Shown here: one piece after another, positions 9,130-22,088 of the stretch
Layout of the letters: every line of letters starts with the position of its first letter
Position numbering within the stretch: position 1 is the stretch's first letter
Assembly (NCBI GenBank): GCA_003693705.1
Contig: RBZT01000269.1
Span: forward strand, 1-44,089
DNA: 44,089 nt
From: Polymyxa betae A26-41
Lineage: Eukaryota; Protista; Endomyxa: Phytomyxea
Reading direction: 5' to 3'
Program-made: the position numbers and the translations under genes
The notes under the pieces: generated by a model
The model's input: the letters and a program-made list of their open reading frames with translations, nothing else
Database searches by the model: none
Told to the model about the DNA's origin: nothing

Positions 9130-12100
9130 ATGGAAGGTCTGACTCCCAGCCAGGTCCAGCAAGCCGTCCGGGCGGCCGTCCAAGGGCTGTCGGCGGCCAC
9201 GAAACTCCAGGCCGAGATCGTGACCGTCATCTCAGACCTGCTCCCGGCCATGGAGCCCGACATGCATAACGACAATGGAGAGATGCTTCGCGATCTCGTT
9301 GCTGATACCCTCGCGGGTGAAATGAGCGACAATCAGGTGAGAACGCGCTCTGCTTTGCCCGAACTTCGGCCTTTTGTTTGATCCGATGTTTTTGATGTTA
9401 CTTCTAACTTCTCTGTCTCCACTTTTCGAGAATTTGGACCCAAATGATAAATTTTATTGCAATTTTTTACCCATTCGCCGTTTAATGAAATCTGTTTTTT
9501 TTTTCTAGCGGCATTTTTGTGATATTTGCTGTGAAAAGCTCCAGTTAGTTCTCGTAGATTCTGATCATCATCGTTTAGGTCCTGAGCCTCTGCAAAGACA
9601 TCTCCAGGGAGCTCAGCCGAGCTCTTTCTGGTGACGACGCCGAAGAGGACGATGGAGCCAGCGAGCCCGCTGTTGTCGAAGACAAGAAATTCACCAAAAA
9701 CGCCAAGAAAGGGGGCAAGAAGGCCGCCAAAGCGCCCAAGTCCAAGGTCAAGGTCAAGGGAGCCAGTACGGCGGCCAGCGCCGACACACCCAAGCCTGGT
9801 GTTGATCAAGATGGCACGCCGGCCTGGCTGTCGATGGACAAGAAGAAGCAGCACGGCAAGGACGTCAACATCCATATTCGAATGTCGAATATGGGCGGTG
9901 GTACGAACTTGATTGATGGCGCCGATCTGATTCTCACCTGTGGACGTAAATACGGTCTCATCGGTATGTCGCTGCTTTTGCCAAAAAACAAACAATTTTC
10001 CTTCGTGCTGGTCTTCTTTTTGTATGTTTTCTGAGCTGCTTCTGCTATGTATTGAGGTTTATATTTGATGTTCTGTTAATGCTTTGCGGTTCTTTCTTTA
10101 AAGCTTTATGCCAATGGTGTTTGTCTCTATCTCGATTTTAGCTTCGTTATTCAGTTTTGATATTCCATTTCCTTCTACGAAGCTCAGATTTGATGTACCT
10201 TTTTGTCTCTGAAGTTTTCTTTTATATGTTTGTATTGCTCTCTCTGTATGTTATTGCTGTTTGCTTTCTTTCTATGAAGCTTTTTTGGTCTTACCACATC
10301 AAGCTTTATGCTCATTATGGTTGCTTTCTCTTACATGAGGTTTTATGTTATTGTGTTTGCATTCTTGTGAATTTGCTGCTTTTTATTTGAGCCCAAATTT
10401 CTGCTGTACGAATACTGACCTGCGTTAGGTCTGAACGGTATCGGAAAATCGACCTTGCTGCACCATATTTCGGGCTATCTGTTCCCCGATTTCCCTCGTC
10501 ACCTGCACGTTATGCACGTCGAGCAAGAGATCAAAGGCGACGACACCAAAGTCATCGACTTCGTCATCCGCTCCGACCAGGAGCTGCAGATGCTTCTGAC
10601 CCGCCAGAAGCGTCTCGAAGACATTCGTGATAACGACCCCGAGAACTTCACCGCTAATCAAGATCATGAGCTTGAAGAGACGTATTCTCGTCTTAAACAG
10701 GTATTCATCTTTTCATTCTTTCTTTTTCGTGAAAGCTTTGCGCTTTATCTTCCTCTCTTTTGGTTTGCATTTGATCGCTTTCTTCTCACTATTATGTTTA
10801 TTTTTGCTCATTAATGTTTTCAGGTCGATTCTGATACGGCAGCTTCGCGAGCCGCCATGATTCTGGCGGGTCTGGGTTTCACCCAGGAAATGCAGCAGAC
10901 CGAGACGAAGAGCCTTTCTGGTGGCTGGCGTATGCGTGTTGCTATCTCTTGCGCTTTGTTCGTCACTCCTGATATTCTTCTGCTGGATGAACCTACGAAC
11001 CACTTGGACTTCCCTACCGTCTTGTGGCTTGAAAAGTACTTACAAGGTAAACTCTCTCTTTCGCATCAACAATTGATTTTTGCTTTGCATATTATTCTCT
11101 TTGTTTGTATCGAGTTCTTCACATTAATTTATGAATGTCTTCAGGATATGAGAAGACTTTGTTGCTGGTTTCTCACGATCGTAAATTCCTCAACAATGTC
11201 ATCACGGATGTGATCCATCTCGCCTACAAGACGCTGACCTACTATCGCGGTGATTACGAGACCTTCGAGAAGGTCCGAGGCGAGCAGCTTCGATGTGCCT
11301 GGAAGGCGTACGAACAGCAGCAGGAGAAGATCAAACACGCGACCGAGTTTATCAACAAGTTCAGGGCGAACAAGAAACTCGCCGCTATGGTCCAGTCTCG
11401 TATTAAGGAACTTGAAAAGATGCCGAAGCTCGAGAAGCCGCCGACCGACTTCAAATTCCGATTCCGTTTCCCGAGTATGTATTCTGTTTGCAATGCTTTT
11501 TTGTAATTTTGCTCTCATGGTTTTGCTAAGATTTTTCTGTAATGATCTGATTTGCTAATGGAGTGTTTAGAGCCAGATACTTTAGCGAAACCACAGATCT
11601 ACGATGTCACGGATCTGACCTTCGGCTACAACAGAGAGAAACCGCCGCTGTTCAAGAACGTCAACCTTTCTGTCCACCTCGACAGGTATTGGAATCTTTT
11701 CTCGTAGAGAGAAAAACTGATTTCCTGCTGCGTAGTCGTATTGGTATTCTTGGAGCGAATGGTGCTGGAAAGTCGACCTTGATTCAGCTGCTGTTGGAGA
11801 AGATGGATCCCTGGAACGGCCTCATCTCTCGTAACGGCCAGGCCGTCATTGGTTACTTCGCTCAGCATCACACCGATATCCTTGACCCGTCTAAAACGCC
11901 CATTGTATGTCCGTTTTCCAATTCTGTTCGTTACGAATCCTTTCGTCGTTTTTCTATTGAACGCATCTGCCTACAATCATCTGCTGCTATTTGTGGTTGC
12001 TTCCTATCTCTGACTTTCTTCTTCAGACGATGCTTCGTGACATGTTCCCTACTGCCACCCAGGAGCAGATTTATTCGCAGCTGTCGCATTTCGGTATCAA

Positions 12101-12490
12101 AGGCAAGGTCTGCCATCAGACCATCAAGGACTTATCGGGAGGACAGAAATCGCGAATGTCGTTCGCTCTCCTCACCTGGAAGCACCCTCACTGCATTGTT
12201 ATGGACGAACCTACCAATCACTGCGGTATGTTGCTTCTGCTTTTTGACGTTGAATTCTGTTGAATGCTTACTTATGGATGTCCTCAGATTTGGATACTAT
12301 TGATGGCTTGATTGAGGCCATTGAACACTATGAGGGAGCCATCGTGGTCGTATCGCACGACAGGTTCTTCCTGGAGAAGGTCTGCAATGAATACTGGTCG
12401 GTCGGCAAGCAGCGCATCCGGTCGTTCTACGAATTCGAGCAGGCCTCGCAGTATTCGTACGAAATCGGCAACATTAAACTTGGAAAGTAA
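9130..12490 (+). CDS. ABC-F family ATPase (ABCF3/GCN20-like). Exons 9130-9336, 9579-9963, 10429-10700, 10824-11046, 11145-11474, 11571-11685, 11736-11904, 12027-12225, 12288-12490
   Basis: Two ABC domains and no TM segments: [35 protein letters not shown]; then [32 protein letters not shown]. Typical YYRGDYETF linker. Introns are in phase. Confidence 0.93.
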
Positions 12491-12945
12491 ATTTCAGGCT
12501 ATTTCTAAAATAAAAGCTTCAGATTTTGTCTTGTTCTCCTTGGCCCAAATCTTCTGGACCGAGATCTGTCACTGATAGTCGTTTCCTTATTTGCTTTCAA
12601 TCCGTTTATCTTTTGGCTTGTCCAAAACAGTTTGTGAAATACTAGCACTATATAGGTGGCTCTTGGTTTTAGTAGGATTATCTTGAATGTGTTCTACTCG
12701 AAAGGGGACGATATTTAAATCTGAATGGTTCCCCAATCTTTGGAAAGTGCCGCCTTAGAAGTATTACTCAGACACGGCGAGAGGAGGACTTTTCCGCCCT
12801 GCATCATTGTCGAATTCCAGTCGACCTTCAAACAGAATGTTATTGTTTTTGAACAAAAGTGAAAATAACAAATCACTCAACTTTCTCAGAACTCTTGGAA
12901 ATTTATTCATATTACAGAGTGAAGGAGAAACCAAACGAAGACAGC

Positions 12946-14284
12946 TCAATGATCGTAATGGATCCAGTCTACCGGTTGCTCTTTATACCAAAACAAACCA
13001 GACTGAGCGCCGGGACCCAATTCACACAGTTTCAATGGCGTGATGGCCCCCTCGTCAGGGGTTAGCGTAGCATGAGGACCGGTCATGTCGGTTTTCACCC
13101 AGCCTGTACAAAGCATCAAGATTCGAGAAGAATAACGGCAGCTAATTAGCCATGCCTGGACAGCAGCAATTGATGATAAGATCCGGGTTATCGCGAGCCA
13201 CAATACGAGTAAGCATTTGCTAAAGGGAATTACAGCGTGAGAGAGGAAGAGAACATGTAAGCAATGTCTTTACCACTCCGGCTTTACTGACACCGTAAGA
13301 ATTCGCAGGCCAGCCACGCTGCTGATAATCGCCAGTGTGCACATCCGCAATAAACTCTTCCATTAGCTTGCTAAGCCTAACGCAAGCAAATTACTTTCAA
13401 ACACAAGTAAATCACAGAAATGGAGACACTGCGAGATGAACAAACGATTAAGTAGAGGAAACTCAAACATGGTAAGCATAGCAATTAAAGAGATAAATTA
13501 ACAAATGAAAGGATACCGCAATTCATAAAAAAAACGAAGTTATGAGACCATGAGAAGACTACTAATAAAAAAACAAAATGTAAACTGTACTGTCGTACTC
13601 ATCGATATTGAGAGCTGGATCAAGTAACTGCTTCTGTTGGGATTCTGACATGAAAGCTAACGCCCGGGACCCCATGGTGGAAGCAATGTTCACGATGCAG
13701 CCATGAGCTAAACGGATCAGCGGTAGGAAGGCATTCGTCACGTTTAGGACGCCGTAGTAGTTGGTGGCGATCGTACGCCGAGCGATATCAACATTGAGGT
13801 CTTTCCCATGAGATGCGACTCCGGCGTTATTCACCAGAATGCTCAGCGCTAACAATCACGAATTAGCAAGCTCGAAAAATGCAAATTGTAAAAAACGACA
13901 ATGACAAGCAGCAGCATAATACAGGAGTCGCATGACTATAATGAAGGGAACCGCTAAGCGTGAATCAAAGTTCAAAGAATGAAGAAAAAAACATAAAAAA
14001 CACGAATGAAAACACTTAATCATTTTCTTACCTCCATATTCTTTCTGGACAAGCGAAGCGGCGTTCGAAATCGATTGCGGATCGGTGACATCAATCTCAA
14101 TCAGGCGAACATTATCCAATCCTTCGGAGCGAAGCAATTCCAAGGTTTGCAGGCCGCGGTCTCGATCACGAGACCCAAGCAATGTGATACGAGTCGGATC
14201 CCGCCGGGCCAGGCCCCGGGCGATGGCCAGTCCCAAGCCCTTATTGCCGCCCGTCACCAACGCCACTGATGCTCGCGCGTTCAT
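12946..14284 (-). CDS. Short-chain dehydrogenase/reductase, carbonyl reductase (CBR1-like). Exons 14284-14032, 13848-13599, 13376-13274, 13219-13156, 13103-12946
   Basis: Motifs VALVTGGNKGLG, ILVNNAG, TNYYG, GWPANSYGVSK (YxxxK) and NCCCPG|WVKTDM. The last intron needs a GC donor. Confidence 0.92.
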
Positions 14285-14887
14285 CTAATATCAAATTCAA
14301 ATGAACATGATAACACCATGTGTCACTTCGAAGGCGCTTCAAAATGTGCGCAGTCGCGCACAATATTTTTTCAAGGGATTATTTTCCAGTTTCCACAAAG
14401 AGCTCTAAGGTATCTTTTGTCAAAGAAAACCTTGAAATTCTCAATGTCGTTATTAGAGTGAACCATTGAAATCGATGCAATTAAAAAACGTGGGTCCGCC
14501 CAGATCCCTCTAGGTTCAGAGAGCGGTCCCGACCCACTCAATCAACCGCGATTACTTTGGGTCAAAAATCTGGGGGAATAGAAGGCAACGGAAGTTAATT
14601 GGATTGTCGGCCCTGCGTTCATAAGTTTTCTGGATCCACCTCTATCAGCATTTCGACGCACTTTCTTTCAAAGTAGGAGTATTTCTTAGTTTTTGATCGG
14701 GGTCAACACCCTTCGTCTAAGTCAAGGACTTCTATACAGTAATACATTGTGCGTATACAGTACAAAAACCCCAAAAATGCATAGGTATAACACGAGAGGC
14801 AGGGAAACTGGAAGCTCCCGCCATTTGAGGTAGAAAACGCTGTAATCTTGAACTCAGCTGTAGAGCAGCCAATAGGCTGCAATCAGT

Positions 14888-15005
14888 GATACCTTCAAGA
14901 CGATTTTAGTTCATGGTGCCATAGATACTCTCTAGACCATTGTAGCACTGGTTCATGGTGCCGTTGAGAACCTTCTCGACGATTATAGCACTTGTTCATG
15001 GTGCC
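14888..15005. repeat. Degenerate ~42-bp tandem repeat, 3 copies
   Basis: GTTCATGGTGCC at 14909, 14951 and 14994, with similar intervening sequence. Confidence 0.75.
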
Positions 15006-15831
15006 TTCCAGATTGTGAAACATGTCGCTTGATCACGACGTAAAGATTAAAAATCAGGATAAACTGTTTTAATTTTGACTCTGGAGTTCAGAATCATGTT
15101 CGTCTCGATCTGCAAAACATCGCAGCAGCAAATCTCGATATGCTGTAAGATCATGCGATCTGAGCGATTGTCTGACACCATCATTGTGTTATCATTGCAA
15201 ACTTTGCAAGGTTGACCAGGACGACACACTGATATAAAATTCTCATGTCTGCTCCTGTACATAGCATCGAGTCCATGCTCGAGTGCTAGTGATAAACTTA
15301 CCAATTTTACTGATGTTGATCTCAGAGAGCCATGGGGTTGTCGACCGTTCATGTCGGAGGTAGCTGGTGAGAATGTCCAGTGGCACATGAATCCACTTCG
15401 TCACGAGTTCCATCGCCTGCACCTGCAATGTTAATTGGCTTTATTGGGAGATATGAAACGTCGCCATGGGGTGAGATGCTTGAGCTCTGCCTTGTAGGCT
15501 CGTCAGCGTTCACCATATTTCAAGGTCTACAATCGATAGACAAGCTATAATAACTACGAAAAAAGAACTATTGGCATTACATAGTCAGACATAGTATTGA
15601 ATGTGCCGCCGAACTTGTACGGATTGGGAAAAGTTTTCATCCGTACAAGTTCAATCGCGATTATGCGAATCCATTATCGGAGGATTTGTACTTCTTCGGA
15701 TTGAGAAAGGTATTCATCTGCACAAGCTCAATCGCGATCCGATCAGTCGGAGCCGAATCTTGTCTGGAAGCACAGCGTTGTTGCTACCTTCTTAAACGCT
15801 GCCAACTTTCTTTTCGAATGATAACAAACTC

Positions 15832-16215
15832 GTTTGCAAAGATTGGCGATTTTACTCGATTCGATTCGAGAGTTGAGTTTGGGATCGGTCTATTGCCACG
15901 TTAGAAATTTTCTAGGCGAAAAGAATCAAAAGCTCATGTCGGAACTTTTTCAATTAGAGGTAGATGATAAACACTTTGCAAAGATTGGCGACTTTATTGA
16001 ACGATTTCAAAGAGTTAGGGTGGAATCACCAACATCCCGAACACTTGGGGAAAATTCCATAACATCCCCGCTGTTTTAGAACTTGAAAAATACAATCGTC
16101 CCCTGTATCGCAAGGCTTAGCTCTAATTGAAACAAGATCCAACAGAAACTTTTCGCCTGAAATTTCCTAAAGTGGCAATCGACCGATCCCAAAATTTCTC
16201 GAATTGATTCGAATA
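15832..16215. repeat. Diverged ~100-bp inverted repeat with an internal direct repeat (old foldback/MITE-like element)
   Basis: 15855-15959 (TTTGGGATCGGTCTATTGCCAC...AGGCGAAAAG...TTTCAATTAGAG) matches the reverse complement of 16121-16215. TTTGCAAAGATTGGCGA occurs near 15833 and 15974. Confidence 0.7.
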
Positions 16216-17079
16216 GATTTTCCAAATGTTTGGATTTGAAGCTCTTTTTCTCTTTTGTTTTTGGCATTTACTGTGTCTCTGTTGCTCCGTATCAGATATC
16301 CTCCGATATCCGATAATCAGTAAGTCCAGTGAATTGTAAAAGAGAAACTGAGTGACTGTAGAGTTTTGCAAGCACAAGTGACCATCCCTGTCTGATCAAA
16401 ATTTGCGCTGTCGCGCAAAACGTTTTCCACAGTGCTTTTATTAACGCCGTTTCTCCTCAAAGCCAAAACGACTCCTATCATGTGAAAACGCTTGGAATTT
16501 GTAGGAGAAGAAACCCCAATTGACCGCACTAAGCCTATATCTATCACATATAGAGTCGTTCCGCCTATGGGCCATCTTCGCCTCCTATCAAGCAGAGATT
16601 TACTTATACGCCAGATTTGGCTCGCGGATGGCCAGTACGACCCAAAACGCCCCGCCATCGCTCATATCAATCGTCGTTGGATGGCCCTGGGATATCGGCT
16701 GTCGTCGTCGGCAACCTGCTGTCCTTCCTATCCCAGCCTGGAATGCCGCCTTCCAGTTCTTTGATGGAAAGCTTCTGCGGTTTCTGCTTATTAATTTGAT
16801 ATGCAGATTAGGGTGGCAGAGCGATTGATCCGAGGAGATGGTCTGAGATCAAGGTACGACTCTTCCAAACTCTGTAAATTTCTTGAAATTGCTGCACATT
16901 TTCTCAATTTTCTCTCTTCGCTTTCGCGCTTCAATTAGGCCAGTACGCCAACGTGCTTAGTCAGAAGGATCTGTTTGCTTGAAAAGTACAATCCTAATCA
17001 ATATTCCTTTGGCTTAGGACTTCAAATCTTGTAATACCATTCCCAGGTTCAGCAATTCGCCTATCATTCAAGAGCTCCT

Positions 17080-17714
17080 CACTAAGGTAGGCTTTGCTGA
17101 TGCTGTAGTATTATTATTGCTATAACTCAGCCAGATACCTGATATCTCGTTTCGTTATTCCTCATTCTTCTTGGCGATCATTCAATCCCAACCCATTCGT
17201 AAAATTATCAAAAATCCAATCTGTCGGTCTTTATTCTGTCTAACGTTGGTTCTGATGTGTGCCTAGAAAGCTCTCCTTTTTTGCCTTTCCGCCCTTTGGC
17301 GGACTGGACGACAAATTTTCCCTCGCTTAGTTTGCGAAAACCCAACCTCACGTACCTCAAACTTTTCTAAACACCTCGCTGGAGCATTCGCCGTGCAGTT
17401 TATACACCGGATGGACCTGTAATTTATTGTTCGGCGCAATGTCGCCGGCAAACATCTGTTGTGATATCATTTTCGCTGTCGGTTTTCAAACATCAGTGGG
17501 CGGAACCGGTTCTCAAGACCCTTTCTCGCGGTATCCGATAGCACAGCGCTGTCCTTGATGACATCCAATGCCTTGTAAGACATTGGAGTCGGAAAAATCC
17601 TTCCTTCTCATACGAAGACGAGTAGGATTTTCTAACACCCGTATGACCAGAAGAATCGTAGGTTTTTTTGAGACTCGGATAATCCATAGGTCCTTTCATA
17701 CGGGGCTCATACAA
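17080..17714 (-). mobile_element. Possible heavily decayed Ty3/gypsy integrase fragment
   Basis: YDSSGHTGVRKS resembles the integrase zinc-finger H..GH.G..KT motif. The rest is too degraded to align by eye. Confidence 0.25.
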
Positions 17715-19820
17715 TGATGAACTTTTGTTTAATGAGTTTCTTGATAGCTAAACCATAAACCATGAATTTCTCAAACTTGAATTTGTCTATCCAAGTGAAT
17801 ACTAACAGAAACGTGGTTTGCTGGGGCTGCTCTAAATTCATGTTAACAGGTGTCTCAAAGATTCATCAATTCAGTATAATACATCAATCATTCAACTTCG
17901 AGCTGATTTGGAATAGTATTCAAAAGTTGAATTGTTCTGCAGTACAGACTGGAACAGTTCATTCAAAGAGCGTTTGTTCCTTTTAATCACTCTCTATAAT
18001 TAGCTACTGACAATCTACATTAGCCTTCGCTGAGGACTCCTACTTCCGTCGTTGTACTGGGCAACCCGAACGAGAACTTGTATCTGTAACAGAGATGCGC
18101 TGGGGTGGCTGGACCCCTGCTCTGCGTCGGCTCCATGCCTGGCGTTGGATGAGGTGTTAGCGGTCATACTTTCTACGATCAAGATGCAGACGATAAGAGT
18201 CAAGTGATCAATTTATTCAGGACACAAGATGGTTCGTAGCAATCATAATTCCCAGCGTGGTCGCTGCCTTAACAGGATCAAGCTTGATTTAGAAACGAAA
18301 CTCTATAAGCGGATCATAGAATCTCTACAATATCACCATGCGGTCAGGGTTTAGGGTTCTGCAGACAGGGCATGGACTTCGGAACAGAGCCATTCGATGC
18401 GTCTTTTTCGAATGTACTTTGTGGCAAGATCGATGGAGTCCAGAGCTGTCGGGCAGTACAAGACCGTTCGTTGCTGTCATCATGATGGCCACAATTGCGA
18501 AGCCAGAATGGTCAGCAGGCCATCATTCTATGGACTGTTTTGCAGCTGCTATTTGCTAAAAGTTCAATGTTGTTTTTGGCGAGACGCAATCCTGTAGGAA
18601 GATCACTCAGAGAGCTAATTTAGATAGTACAATACAAACACGAGTTTCAGAACCGGTGTTAATTTATCCATAACGTGCAATGTTAGTAACGGGTTGGTAC
18701 AAAAAAATCAGGTCTCCAAGTTTCAATGCGCCGTCTCAGCAGACACAAACCCTAGCCTATCATGCATAACGGCGCAACGAAAAGTCGTTGGGATTTTTGC
18801 ATAGCTTCAGCACACGTGTTATGTAAATGTTAAAAGGTTTCGCATTGTCTGGTTGCCGCTTCAGATACAAACCCTTGATAAGGGCGGTCACTTAACAGTC
18901 AGATTCTGCCGGTTTAGAGGAACCGCACCACCTTGAGCTCCAAATAAAGTCCTCAGCGTGCTTGATTGCTGTTATGCGAAGACTCCGCAAAACAGGAAAC
19001 TGCGTGGGTCTAGTTGAAGGATTCAGTCGTCTCTCTCTCTCACATAAGTCGCCTAGCCTTCCATCTGCTGCAACATTCACCAACCATACTTTAACTATGA
19101 GCCGTCGATCACCGCCCAGGTACAGCGAAATCGGTTCCAACGCTGTGACGGACACCGGCGAAGTTCGTGTAGCGATTGCTGATCATGTCGCGGGCGGTGA
19201 AATGACCGATTCGGAGCTGTCCTTCCGAACGCTGAGCGCTACTGAAGATGAACCCGAATTGAACCCAGCTATCCCGTCCCGAACCGTACTTCATCATCTG
19301 CTCCGAAACCAGCAAGCCTTCGCAGAGGCATTGCGGAATGATGCTTCCAGGCAACATTCTAAAACAGTGCCTGCAAATTATGTTCGGATAGTAATGTCAA
19401 TTAAGAAGTTGTCCTTATGAGGAAGCCGAACGCATCTGAAACTATTTCTTCTTCGTTAAATCCGACCCTATATTGGGTCGGGGACAAAATTAGGCTGGAT
19501 ACTTTGGCGACTAAGCTGAAAGTTTCTGACAATTTGCTGAACTCTGATCAAAAAGTCAAGAAAAATGCCAGGTTCAGAGAAAATTAAAAACATTACTGAA
19601 TGCCAAGGTCATGAAAAGAAACAGGATGCAAACTCAGCCATTTTGTTCTTCAAAATTGCCACAGCTCTGAGTGCAGATTTAGATGCCGAAGGACCGAGAC
19701 GTTTCATGCTACGCGGTATGATGGCATATAGCGAATCTGACAACATAATTCATTCGAAGTACATCATGCCTGGCAACTGAGTTGAAATCGCTCCTGACGA
19801 TGCTCGAAGACGAGCTCTTG

Positions 19821-20182
19821 TAGGGGCGTAGGGCTCCGATCGGGTCGATTCGGGTAGTACCCGAAGCAGTTCTAACACTCTTTTCTGTAAAAGCTAAGAT
19901 CTATTTAATGATAGATCTAATGACTGTTTTTTAGGGCACTTCTTCCAAACATCAACGCACTCAACGTCTCTGGGGCATAGAGTGCCGTCGAAATCAAATT
20001 CAATACCTTTTGGTATTGAAAACTGGGAATGACAATGGGGAGAGCCACAATCCGTTCTGGCTTCTGAAAATGTTTATTAGTTTTCGGGTTTTCGGGTCGG
20101 GTACAGCCTTCAACCCGAACGCGAACCCGACCCAGCCCGAACTCGGGATTTTTAGTTTTACCCGAACCCGATCGGAGCCCTA
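19821..20182. mobile_element. Non-autonomous hAT-type MITE (~360 bp)
   Basis: 17-bp TIR TAGGGCTCCGATCGGGT (19829) / ACCCGATCGGAGCCCTA (ends 20182), many subterminal ACCCG/CGGGT motifs, and a near-perfect 8-bp TSD AGCTCTTG (19813-19820) / AGCTCTGG (20183-20190). A related end is near 21933. Confidence 0.85.
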
Positions 20183-20599
20183 AGCTCTGGTACAAAGGCT
20201 CTCGTTGTAATCAGATTTCGGGAACCTTGTTCTCTTGCAAATGCCCAACGCTGCTGCTGACACCATGCCGCTTCAAACTCCGCTATCTGAAACAGGAAAA
20301 GGGCTCGGAGATGTTTTCTGGTATCTACAAATATCCGAGAGCTCGACAATATGCTTTTGGTTATAAGAAATCGTCAAAATTCCTGAAATTGCTTGTCTGG
20401 TGAAGGCTCAGCCCCAACTCCACCCCGTCGCAAGCGCAGTTCCAAAAGCATTGCAACTGAACCTCATGCAAGCAGCCAGATTCGTCGAGTGCAACAATCG
20501 GAAAGTAGCATTACTGGACAGTTGTCGAATTACGACAAATATTTTTGGAAATTTCGGGGATTGGTGACACGCAATGATGGAGAATGGAAAGCTGCTGGA

Positions 20600-20950
20600 T
20601 CATTAACAGTTCACGACGGTATCAGGACCACCAGTCCACGATTGCTCTAGCGGAGAACGGGCGTTTATCGCGGCGCTCAAAGCATGTCGAAGTTCGCTAC
20701 CAATTCACTACGGGCCTGTTATCCCGGCTAACTTCAAAACAGAGGAGCTATCTAGAGGGGCTATTGCAGTTTGTTGAATGGCTACAACGCCAGGGCGGGT
20801 GCTATCAAGCTTGTTTACTGCTCAACTAAGGAGATGATTGCGGACATGATGACAAAGGAGCTGCCGCCGGAAGTCTACTGTCGTTTTCGCACCAAGTTGC
20901 TTCGTTCCGATTCCAACATGGGGAGTTCTGGCGGGAGTGTTGAGATTGGT
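20600..20950 (+). mobile_element. Ty1/copia remnant: RNase H C-terminus, polypurine tract and start of the 3' LTR
   Basis: YQDHQSTIALAENGRLSRRSKHVEVRYQF and IKLVYCSTKEMIADMMTKEL match copia RNase HI motifs. GGCGGGAG precedes TGTTG at 20938. Confidence 0.85.
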
Positions 20951-20974
20951 GGGAAGCGTGTGACCTCCCAATGA

Positions 20975-21558
20975 AGTGTCTTATTCGGTGGCAAAGAAGG
21001 GGTTGCTAATTACATCCATCCAGTCGGGCCGCCGCTTGAACGTCTCCAAATAAATCCAGGCGACTGGATTCATTTCGAAGTCACAGCGCAGCCGTCCAAT
21101 TTCCCTCGAAAACTGTTCCAGCTGGAACATTTCCTGTGTATACGGGATCTGATTCCCGCCGATAAAGACCCGGTTGCTATCGGGTTATTCGTCGACGAGG
21201 ATTTAGAAAATTTCGAGGACGCCATCAAAAAAGTCGTACGTGCTGTCGTAGACTACCAAGCGAAGAGACAAATTTATCCAATTCTCAAAATATTCCAAAA
21301 CAACCTCTATATAATTCATATACCAACAGTCAAGCCCTTTCTCGAACTGAGGCACATCAATGTCAAATTAAACTGAACGAAATTGACGAAACGGTGGTCA
21401 AGCTTTACGAAAAGGTGGTCAAGCTTGACGAAAAATTGGCTAAGCTTAATAAGAATATTTCTAAGCGTACAAAATCCGTCAAATTATTAGTTTCGAAATT
21501 ACCTAAAAACAAAATTGAATACAGTATTCAATTTGCTCGGTGTTTGGACGGTTCATAA
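20975..21558 (+). pseudogene. 5'-truncated gene fragment: possible PD-(D/E)xK nuclease-like domain plus a frameshifted coiled-coil tail
   Basis: About 133 stop-free codons (20975-21376), absent from the ORF track for lack of a start codon, containing WIHFEVTAQPSNFPRKLFQLEHFL. 21-bp repeats then encode DETVVKLYEKVVKLDEKLAKL in another frame. Confidence 0.45.
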
Positions 21559-22088
21559 TCGCGCATGTCGGTGCCTCATATTCGTAGATCGTCAGTCATA
21601 AAATCAGCCAAGCTCCAATATTTTATCGTAGACTGAGGCCTTGTACGGCAGCTCGGAAGGAATCCGACCAACGTTTCGGAATCATGATTATTGCGTTCAT
21701 CAGCAGGAAAGTCGTCTTCGGGAACCTCACGAGATGCATAGGCAAGAAGATTCCAAAATGTCCAAGTTTGAAGGGGATCAGTCAATTGTCCCGATCAATG
21801 TAATCGAGCTGAGGATAACGGCGCAATTCGTTGAAGTTGTGGGCATGCGCGCGCATTGGATATCTTAGCTGATGCAAATGCCTTTGGCAGTGAATATTTT
21901 AGACAAAGCTCCGCGCCTTATCCTGAATAGTCTAGGGCTCCGAGCGGATACTTACGGGTCGGATAGCGCCTTACTACCGGGATCAGCTATCAGAAACCTA
22001 AAAACATGATATTAACGGCAAAATCAACGCAAACAATTTTTTTTTCAAAGCGGATTTGGAACACTTCAACGCACTGAGAGTATCTGAC

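Noticed and set aside
14888-15005. Leucine-rich-repeat coding remnant (NxLxG-like text on the minus strand)
   Set aside because: The 42-43-bp period is too short for LRRs and the frame is broken.
16490-17090. Possible spliced gene remnant
   Set aside because: Exon-like pieces with GT/AG ends are present, but no consistent reading frame or homology could be established.
18962-19780. ORFs 18962-19420 and 19565-19780
   Set aside because: May be a decayed gene, but they are broken by stops and have no recognisable domain.
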